DNA from: Vibrio alginolyticus NBRC 15630 = ATCC 17749
GTDB taxonomy: Bacteria; Pseudomonadota; Gammaproteobacteria; Enterobacterales; Vibrionaceae
Length of the DNA stretch: 32,000 nt
NCBI RefSeq assembly: GCF_000354175.2
Contig: NC_022349.1
Span: 2,430,001-2,462,000 of the forward strand
Reading direction: 5' to 3'
The notes beneath the pieces are model-generated. The model made no database searches. It saw only the letters and a list, made by a program, of their open reading frames with translations, and was not told the DNA's origin. The position numbers were made by a program, and so were the translations under genes. Positions 25,762-32,000 of this stretch are shown one piece after another; the stretch's first letter is position 1; each line of letters begins with the position of its first letter.

Positions 25762-26640
25762 TTACTTATTGGCGTAGCTCATCTCTACGCGCTTTTTCAC
25801 CCAGGTTTCGTTAATCCATAGGGATAGCATGATGATCGCACCGCCAATGGCGAGTCGCATGACATCAACATCGCGGTTCCAAATCACAATGTTTACAATC
25901 AAGCCCGCCGGAACCAATGCATTGTTCATTACTGCCAGTGCACCTGCGTTCACCATAGTCGCGCCTTTGTTCCAAGCAAAGTAACCAAAACCAGAAGCAA
26001 TCAACCCAAGGTATGTCAGAATGCCCCATTGTGTTGCAGTGGTAGGTAGTTTGTCGAGGTTACCCATGAGCGCGAAAGCCACGGTTGCTACACAAAGTGC
26101 ACCTAAGTAGAAGTAGCCAAACACGGTGTGTTGTGGCAAATCGACGGGTTCACTCTCCATGATATATTTGTAGCCCACCTGACCGATGGCAAAGCAGAGG
26201 TTTGCTCCTTGTACGACCAAAAAGCCCAGTAGGAAATCTTCATTAATGCCTGCAAATTTAATCCAGGCGGCACCAAATACGGCTATTGCAGCGGTAACTA
26301 AGTACCAAGGTGAAAAGCGACCTTTCAAGAAGTCATAGATTAGCGTGACGTAAATGGGTGTGAATACGGTGAACAGCAATACTTCTGGCACGGAAAGGAG
26401 TAAAAAAGATTGGTAGTAGAAGCAATACATCAAACCGAGCTGGAAGCCACCGACGGTCATCAGTTTCGCGATCAGGGATTTGCTAACGCCACGGAATTTC
26501 AAAAAGGGAATGAAAACCAGGCTCGCCAGTGCCACGCGCATGAACACCGAGAACCAAGAATCAACCTGACCGGCGAGGTAAACGCCGATCAGGCTAAATG
26601 AGAATGCCCAAAGTAGGGTAACTGCGGATAGATAAGCCAT
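25762..26640 (-). CDS. yigM: EamA/DMT-superfamily transporter, YigM (BioP biotin transporter)-like
   Basis: 292-aa, ~10-TM ORF. LLWAFSFSLIGVYLAGQVDSWFSVFMRVALASLVFIPFL and GYFAWNKGATMVNAGALAVMNNALVPAGLIVN parallel E. coli YigM as I recall it. The substrate is not demonstrable from sequence. Confidence 0.7.
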   Translation of the reverse strand: MAYLSAVTLLWAFSFSLIGVYLAGQVDSWFSVFMRVALASLVFIPFLKFRGVSKSLIAKLMTVGGFQLGLMYCFYYQSFLLLSVPEVLLFTVFTPIYVTLIYDFLKGRFSPWYLVTAAIAVFGAAWIKFAGINEDFLLGFLVVQGANLCFAIGQVGYKYIMESEPVDLPQHTVFGYFYLGALCVATVAFALMGNLDKLPTTATQWGILTYLGLIASGFGYFAWNKGATMVNAGALAVMNNALVPAGLIVNIVIWNRDVDVMRLAIGGAIIMLSLWINETWVKKRVEMSYANK

Positions 26641-26704
26641 GGATGAGAATCTTTATCAACAACAAATGTGCCCGCAGTCTAACCAAGTTTTATCGTTGCG
26701 CCAA

Positions 26705-27130
26705 TCAGTCTTTTAGCGGTACGACCAGCATATCGACTGGTGAGCAGTTAATAAGCTGTCGAGTCGAAGATAGAATCTTGCTCCAGAAATCTTGGTGATG
26801 ACCACAAACCACCAAATCGATACTGTAGTCTTGAATGGTATCGCACAGCTCATTACTCAAATCGCCACTACCGACCAAGGTATGGGCAATTGGGTATTGC
26901 GCATATTCTGCGAAGTTTGCCAATTGTGTGCGCGATGCTTCCATTGCTTGATGTTGCGCTTCTGCCATATTGATATCGATAAGCCCAGTGTAGAGTTCTG
27001 CGTAGTTCACGTCGATGTGAATAAAAGAGACTTTCGCATCCAGAGGTTTAGCCAGTGATACGGCTTTCTTAATCAACACTTTACTGTCGTCTGAAAGGTC
27101 GACTGCCACAAGTATGTGTTTGTAACTCAT
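26705..27130 (-). CDS. uspA: Universal stress protein A
   Basis: From the ATG at 27130 (RBS AAGGAGatagcaat) the protein reads [13 protein letters not shown] ... [11 protein letters not shown] ... QLIN ... DMLVVPL. It is 141 aa and near-collinear with E. coli UspA. Confidence 0.92.
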   Translation of the reverse strand: MSYKHILVAVDLSDDSKVLIKKAVSLAKPLDAKVSFIHIDVNYAELYTGLIDINMAEAQHQAMEASRTQLANFAEYAQYPIAHTLVGSGDLSNELCDTIQDYSIDLVVCGHHQDFWSKILSSTRQLINCSPVDMLVVPLKD

Positions 27131-27256
27131 ATTGCTATCTCCTTGTAAGGTCATAGTTTTAGATTAGCACCAACCCCAAAAAAAATTTGCTGAAGTGATC
27201 TCATATCGGTGCCGTAGGTACAAAGTCTTGTCTCAGTAATCATGTTATAGTGGCGT

Positions 27257-27385
27257 TATACCCAAGTGACTTTGATATGCTGAAATAAGCGTAGTGTTAC
27301 TGACTAGAGTTGAAGTGAAACTTCGCCGTGTCTGCCGACCAAGCTATTCTCGCAGCGTCACTTATTTCGAGGTTACTTGGGTATA
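27257..27385. repeat. MITE-like element of ~129 bp with 14-bp terminal inverted repeats, in the uspA-ftnA intergenic region
   Basis: The left end tatacccaagtgac and the right end gttacttgggtata match 13/14 as reverse complements. A second internal pairing joins gaaataagcg and cacttatttcg. The element ends 26 nt before the ftnA ATG. Confidence 0.55.
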
Positions 27386-27411
27386 TTGCATGCACAATAA
27401 TAGGAGTTAAC

Positions 27412-27939
27412 ATGCTGTCTCAAACTATGGTCGAACAATTGAATGAGCAAATTAACCTAGAATTTTTCTCATCCAATCTATACTTACAAATGAGTGCTTG
27501 GTGTGAAGACAAAGGTTTTGAAGGTGCGGCTGAATTTTTACGCGCTCACGCCGTAGAAGAAATGGAGCACATGCAACGCCTATTCACTTACGTGAGTGAA
27601 ACTGGCTCAATGCCAATCTTAGGCGCTATTGATGCGCCTAAGCATGACTTTGCGAGCCTAGGTGACGTTTTCCGCGAGACATTTGAACATGAGCAAATGA
27701 TCACGGAAAAAATCAACAAACTGGCGCACGTTGCATTTACTAGCCAAGACTACTCAACGTTTAACTTCCTACAGTGGTACGTGTCAGAACAGCACGAAGA
27801 AGAGAAGTTGTTTAAAGGGATTTTAGATAAGATCGAATTGGTAGGTGAAGACGGTAAAGCGTTGTTCTTCATTGACAAAGATCTAGCACAAATGGCGAAA
27901 GAAGGTTCATCTTCAATCATGGATGCTCCAGCTGCGTAA
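27412..27939 (+). CDS. ftnA: Non-haem ferritin
   Basis: From the ATG at 27412 (RBS taGGAGttaac) the protein reads [31 protein letters not shown] ... [19 protein letters not shown]. It is 175 aa and collinear with E. coli FtnA. The ORF-track GTG start at 27328 runs through the repeat element and is unlikely. Confidence 0.92.
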   Translation: MLSQTMVEQLNEQINLEFFSSNLYLQMSAWCEDKGFEGAAEFLRAHAVEEMEHMQRLFTYVSETGSMPILGAIDAPKHDFASLGDVFRETFEHEQMITEKINKLAHVAFTSQDYSTFNFLQWYVSEQHEEEKLFKGILDKIELVGEDGKALFFIDKDLAQMAKEGSSSIMDAPAA

Positions 27940-27969
27940 ACGCGTTTTGGGACGTTGTAAGTAGCGGGT

Positions 27970-27996
27970 AAAGACGAAGTGTTGATCGTCTTTTTC
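27970..27996 (+). terminator. ftnA terminator
   Basis: AAGACGA-agtgttga-TCGTCTT-tttc. Confidence 0.6.
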
Positions 27997-28012
27997 TCTT
28001 GAGCATTGTTGA

Positions 28013-28354
<342 letters not shown>

Positions 28355-28404
28355 GAGTCAATAATCTAGATAGTTGTTCTGTCTGAGATTTTGCGGACAT
28401 ACAG

Positions 28405-28434
28405 AGCGCTTAGAGTTTAAGCGCTTTTCCCTTT
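28405..28434 (+). terminator. First of two tandem hairpin terminators after uspB
   Basis: AGCGCTTA-gagtt-TAAGCGCT-tttcccttt. Confidence 0.55.
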
Positions 28435-28469
28435 CGGTATTTGTCGGTAGAATGTCGCGCCTAGAAAGC

Positions 28470-28500
28470 AAGGATGTGCAATGTGCACATCCTTTTTTAT
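28470..28500 (+). terminator. Second hairpin terminator after uspB
   Basis: GGATGTGCA-atg-TGCACATCC-ttttttatttt, with a 9-bp perfect stem. Confidence 0.7.
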
Positions 28501-28534
28501 TTTGATTCGATACCAATCAGTCTAAGAGCTACCG

Positions 28535-29728
28535 ATGAGTAAGAAATTTGATGTTGTTGTAATTGGCGCAGGCGCAGCAGGTTTAATGTGTGCTGCAGAA
28601 GCTGGCAAGCGAGGTCGCCGTGTTTTGGTGCTCGATCATGCTAAAAAGCCAGGACGTAAAATCCTTATCTCGGGCGGTGGTCGTTGTAACTTCACTAACT
28701 ACGACGTTTCAGCTAATCACTATTTGTGTCAAAACCCGCACTTTGTTAAGTCGGCGCTCTCCCAATACACTAACTGGGATTTCATCTCGATGGTGTGTAA
28801 ACATGGCATTGAGTTCGAAGAGCGTGATCACGGCCAGTTGTTTTGTGTCGATGCATTTACGGCCAAAGATATCGTGAAGATGTTGTTAGCTGAGTGTGAC
28901 ATGCCGAACATCGAGCAGCGTTACCAATGCGATGTTCATTCGATTGAAAAAATTGATGGAGGCTTTCGTTTGCATGCTGGTACTGAGATTGTCGAATGTG
29001 AGTCTTTAGTTATCGCAACAGGTGGCTTGTCGATGCCAAAACTGGGAGCGACACCATTTGGTTATAAAGTCGCGGAACAATTTGGTCTTCGAGTTATCCC
29101 AACCACGGCAGGGCTTGTTCCATTTACTCTGCATAAAGAAGACAAAGAAGACTTTGCTGAGTTATCTGGTATCGCGGTACCTGCGGAAATTACGGCTGAA
29201 GATGGCACCATGTTCAAAGAAGCCCTGTTGTTCACACATCGTGGGTTATCTGGTCCAGCAGTGTTACAGATTTCTTCATTCTGGCGGGCCGGACAAAAGG
29301 TGTTGATCAATCTTGTGCCAAACGATGATGTTGCTGAGTTATTAGAACGCAGTTGTGAGAAGCATCCAAATCAGTCACTCAAGAATACGCTTGCCAAAGT
29401 GCTGCCTAAGCGTCTGGTTGAAGTCTTAATTGAACGTAAAGAGCTAGTCGATAAACCGCTAAAACAGTTCAATCAAAAGGAGCTTGCGGCGATTGTGGAG
29501 CGTCTAGAGCATTGGGATATCGCCCCGAATGGCACCGAAGGCTACCGAACTGCGGAAGTGACACTCGGCGGTGTCGATACTGATCACTTATCCTCGAAAA
29601 CCATGGAATGCAAAGACATTAAAGGGCTTTATTTTATTGGTGAAGTGATGGATGTGACTGGTTGGCTAGGGGGCTACAATTTTCAGTGGTGCTGGTCGAG
29701 CGGCTTTGTTGCGGGGCAGTGGGTTTAA
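28535..29728 (+). CDS. yhiN: NAD(P)/FAD-dependent oxidoreductase, HI0933/YhiN (BaiN-like) family
   Basis: 397 aa. It has an N-terminal dinucleotide fold (DVVVIGAGAAGLMCAAEAGKRG), ILISGGGRCNFTN, and C-terminal GLYFIGEVMDVTGWLGGYNFQW, all typical of this family. Confidence 0.88.
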   Translation: MSKKFDVVVIGAGAAGLMCAAEAGKRGRRVLVLDHAKKPGRKILISGGGRCNFTNYDVSANHYLCQNPHFVKSALSQYTNWDFISMVCKHGIEFEERDHGQLFCVDAFTAKDIVKMLLAECDMPNIEQRYQCDVHSIEKIDGGFRLHAGTEIVECESLVIATGGLSMPKLGATPFGYKVAEQFGLRVIPTTAGLVPFTLHKEDKEDFAELSGIAVPAEITAEDGTMFKEALLFTHRGLSGPAVLQISSFWRAGQKVLINLVPNDDVAELLERSCEKHPNQSLKNTLAKVLPKRLVEVLIERKELVDKPLKQFNQKELAAIVERLEHWDIAPNGTEGYRTAEVTLGGVDTDHLSSKTMECKDIKGLYFIGEVMDVTGWLGGYNFQWCWSSGFVAGQWV

Positions 29729-29770
29729 TCAAACACCAAACGCAGCCTAACTGCATAAAAGATAAGATAC

Positions 29771-29806
29771 AAAAAGAGCAGTGAATAAAAGCCAGTGCTC
29801 TTTTTG
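29771..29806. terminator. Candidate bidirectional terminator between yhiN (+) and the sigma54 activator gene (-)
   Basis: aaaa-AGAGCA-15 nt loop (gtgaataaaagccag)-TGCTCT-tttt. The stem is short and the loop is long. Confidence 0.45.
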
Positions 29807-29821
29807 TATTCCCATAGCGAG

Positions 29822-31165
29822 TTACTCGTCTTGATACTTTTCGAGTTTGTTATAGAGCGTTTTCACGCTAATGCCTAACTCCTGCGCTGATTCCGTTTTA
29901 TTGCCTTGATTCTCTTCAAGGGTATTGAGAATGGCGGCTTTTTCTAGCTCTTCTAGCGAAACGCCCGCCGGAACAAGGTCTTCGATGCTGGTGCCTGTTT
30001 CCAATGGTGGTGTGTCGAAGATCAGGTGTTCATCTCGGATGGTGTCATCAGCCAAAATAAATGCACGCTCGATCGTGTGTTTGAGCTCACGGACATTACC
30101 TGGCCAGTCGTGTGCAGCGATTTTTTGGATCGCAGAGTCAAGAATCGTTTTGGTTTTTGCCTCATTGGCGTTGCGGTGCGCAATAAAGTGCTTGGCCAGA
30201 CCGACGATATCACCGCCTCGTTCTCGCAGTGGCGGTATCGTTAATGGGAAATGCGATAAGCGGAAAAACAGATCTTCACGCAGGAACTGCTCCTCAATGG
30301 CGATTTTAGGATCACGGTTTGTAGCAGCAATGATGCGAGTATTAGCGATATGAACTGTATTACTGCCAACTGGGCGATACTCTCCGGTTTCTAGCACCCG
30401 CAATAGCTTCACTTGATGCTCGATAGGCATCTCGGTGATTTCATCTAAAAATAGGGTGCCGCCCTCTGCCTGCTTAAATACACCTTTGTGAGTTTTATTT
30501 GCTCCGGTAAAAGCGCCTTTCTCATGGCCAAACAGTTCACTATCAACCAATTCAGGGCTAATGGCACCACAGTTAATCGCTATAAAGGGCTGTTGTTTAC
30601 GCTCACTCGCTAAGTGGATGGTCTGCGCCACCAGTTCTTTGCCTGATCCACTTTCACCGACAATAAGGACGTTGGCTTCGGTTTTTGCAACGCGCCTGAT
30701 CATACGATAGAGCTGATGCATCGGAGAGGAAGAGCCGACCAAAAGACCAAATTGGTCAAGATCGCTGGTGGACACTTTACGCCCTTGATCTTGTTTGTGT
30801 TGATAGTACTGGCTGACTTCGCCCAGGGTGTCCGTCAGAATGGCAATATCAACGGGCTTTCTGTAGTGAAAAATAGCACCCAAGTTCATCAGCTTATCCA
30901 AGTTCTCATTTGGAGCGCCTGAGCTAATGATGATCAAGTCCATATCGTAGATGTCTTCGATATTAGAAAGACGTTGATAATCTGCACTAGTAAAGTGGGC
31001 GACTTCAACAATCGCAACTTCCGGTTTGAGTTGTAGAAAATCTTCAATCCATTGGTCTGCGGCATCGATGTCATGCAGACGAAATTTGTTCAGTTCCTGG
31101 CAAGAAGCGATGGCATTTTTAAGTGATGGATCTTGTATTCTTAGAAACAGGCTTGGCATCGACAT
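29822..31165 (-). CDS. Sigma54-dependent transcriptional activator (bacterial enhancer-binding protein) with an atypical receiver-like N-terminal domain
   Basis: AAA+ core with Walker A GESGSGKE, GAFTGA motif, and Walker B LFLDEI. C-terminal Fis-type HTH (ESAQELGISVKTLYNKLEKY). The preferred start is ATG at 31165 (RBS aAGAGGAcatttct). The ORF-track start at 31228 adds 21 Cys/His-rich residues that are unlikely to be real. Confidence 0.88.
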   Translation of the reverse strand: MSMPSLFLRIQDPSLKNAIASCQELNKFRLHDIDAADQWIEDFLQLKPEVAIVEVAHFTSADYQRLSNIEDIYDMDLIIISSGAPNENLDKLMNLGAIFHYRKPVDIAILTDTLGEVSQYYQHKQDQGRKVSTSDLDQFGLLVGSSSPMHQLYRMIRRVAKTEANVLIVGESGSGKELVAQTIHLASERKQQPFIAINCGAISPELVDSELFGHEKGAFTGANKTHKGVFKQAEGGTLFLDEITEMPIEHQVKLLRVLETGEYRPVGSNTVHIANTRIIAATNRDPKIAIEEQFLREDLFFRLSHFPLTIPPLRERGGDIVGLAKHFIAHRNANEAKTKTILDSAIQKIAAHDWPGNVRELKHTIERAFILADDTIRDEHLIFDTPPLETGTSIEDLVPAGVSLEELEKAAILNTLEENQGNKTESAQELGISVKTLYNKLEKYQDE

Positions 31166-31549
31166 AGAAATGTCCTCTTTACTATGACAGAAACAATGTA
31201 CGTGGATTATTCTCACTTCACAAGACAAAATATTGTCAGCATAGATTTAAGGATTTGTTCGATATTTTTATGTTGTTAGCCCCTTTTTGATATATATCGG
31301 TGAGAGCCATCAGTAGATATTTCCTTTTGTTCTGATTTTTTTATTTAAAATAATAATTTTGCTATTAATTGATTCTGGAGAAATAGCCTTTCTGTTTTAT
31401 CAGGTTATTTAGGCACAAGTGACGGAGGCTTTATCACCGATTAAAAATTACATTTATTACGTGTAAATAATTCATGCTTATACTTTATTGCTCATCTCAT
31501 TTTTACCTCTTTCCCTTATTAGTTGCTTAAAAACAATAAGTTATAAAGT

Positions 31550-31565
31550 TGGCACATGGTTTGCT
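31550..31565 (+). promoter_or_regulatory. Sigma54 (-24/-12) promoter of the BON-domain gene
   Basis: TGGCAC-atggt-TTGCTt matches the consensus TGGCAC-N5-TTGCW. It ends about 37 nt upstream of the ATG at 31602 and is divergent from a sigma54 activator gene. Confidence 0.8.
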
Positions 31566-31601
31566 TCTAGGGAAGTGCAACGTCAATAAAGGAGAATTAC
31601 C

Positions 31602-32000
31602 ATGAATAACATCGCAGCTAAAATTGTACTTACGTCAGTTCTTGCTACTTCATCTACAGCAGTCTTAGCGAGTGATAAATGGCAAAAAGAATCCATGGAC
31701 GCTTGGCTAGATGGTAAAGCTGAAACCACGCTACTGCTAAACAGCAATCTCAACTCTTTTGATATCAATACCGATGTTGAGAATCAGGTCGTTACCCTTT
31801 CTGGTTCGGTAAACAATGATCTTGAAAAATCACTTGCCGAAGAGCTTGTTACTGGTCTTGATGGTGTGAAAAAAGTAAACAACGAATTGTCAGTAGTGAA
31901 TGAAGGCAAGAAAGAAACTGATTCAGAAGCTTTAGCTACACTGACCGATTCTAAAATCACGACTATAGTTAAAACGCGCCTACTAATGGATACCAATGTG
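31602..32000 (+). CDS. Secreted BON-domain (OsmY-like) protein, 3'-truncated by the window end
   Basis: My own translation from the ATG at 31602 (RBS aaaGGAGaattacc): MNNIAAKIVLTSVLATSSTAVLASDKW ... NQVVTLSGSVNNDLEKSLAEELVTGLDGVKKVNNEL ... A signal peptide is followed by a BON-domain pattern. The frame stays open to base 32000. It is absent from the ORF track because no stop lies in the window. Confidence 0.75.
   Translation, partial: MNNIAAKIVLTSVLATSSTAVLASDKWQKESMDAWLDGKAETTLLLNSNLNSFDINTDVENQVVTLSGSVNNDLEKSLAEELVTGLDGVKKVNNELSVVNEGKKETDSEALATLTDSKITTIVKTRLLMDTNV

Noticed and set aside
27233-27252. Fur-box-like sequence (cagtaatcatgttatagtgg) upstream of ftnA.
   Set aside because: Only a partial match (TAATCAT core) to the 19-bp Fur consensus GATAATGATAATCATTATC. 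It goes out of register after the core.
27328-27411. N-terminal extension of ftnA from the GTG at 27328 (ORF-track 203-aa version).
   Set aside because: The extension runs through the MITE-like repeat and has no RBS. The ATG at 27412 has a GGAG RBS and gives an N-terminus collinear with known FtnA.
28426-28500. Possible tiny sRNA between the two tandem hairpins after uspB (TAGAAT -10-like hexamer at 28449-28454).
   Set aside because: No acceptable -35 element lies at proper spacing. The transcript would be only about 40 nt. Tandem terminators are the simpler explanation.
31583-31996. Two minus-strand ORFs (61 and 70 aa) at the window end.
   Set aside because: They are antisense to the BON-domain ORF, which has a strong RBS, a signal peptide and a sigma54 promoter. 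The BON ORF is missing from the track only because its stop codon lies outside the window.

Overview
The window looks like a Vibrio-type gammaproteobacterial chromosome; this is inferred from gene content and from protein sequences recalled from memory, since no search was possible. Most of it is ordinary core genome. Core genes, in order: (a) an Entner-Doudoroff/gluconate cluster, with edd-gntK divergent from a GntP-family permease plus eda, and two GntR-type operators between them; (b) a divergent xapA/xapR-like pair; (c) a block gor-rlmJ-prlC ... rsmJ ... uspA ... uspB-yhiN in the gene order I recall for the E. coli gor-yhiN region, interrupted by asnC, a large periplasmic-sensor PAS-GGDEF-EAL protein, a Cys4/lysine-rich protein, a yigM(bioP)-like transporter and ftnA; (d) a sigma54 enhancer-binding protein divergent from a BON-domain gene that has a textbook -24/-12 promoter. 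The accessory part is an AT-rich island of about 8.1 kb (about 7219-15362) between the xapR-like gene and gor. It has the published architecture of a GInt. Four translationally coupled genes (three tyrosine-recombinase-like proteins plus a small coiled-coil protein) sit at one end, and a short AT-rich non-coding tail sits at the other. A 10-bp direct repeat (ttttccagaa) flanks it. The only cargo is a tightly coupled three-gene operon (7443-9658): a TIGR04255-like protein, a protein with a central XRE-type HTH, and an orphan 278-aa protein. None has a catalytic motif I can recognise. This operon is the best candidate for an undescribed system, possibly defence or toxin-antitoxin like, but that function is inference only. 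Other points: a tandem array of a ~178-bp hairpin-containing unit at 1-628, and a ~129-bp MITE-like element with terminal inverted repeats just upstream of ftnA.
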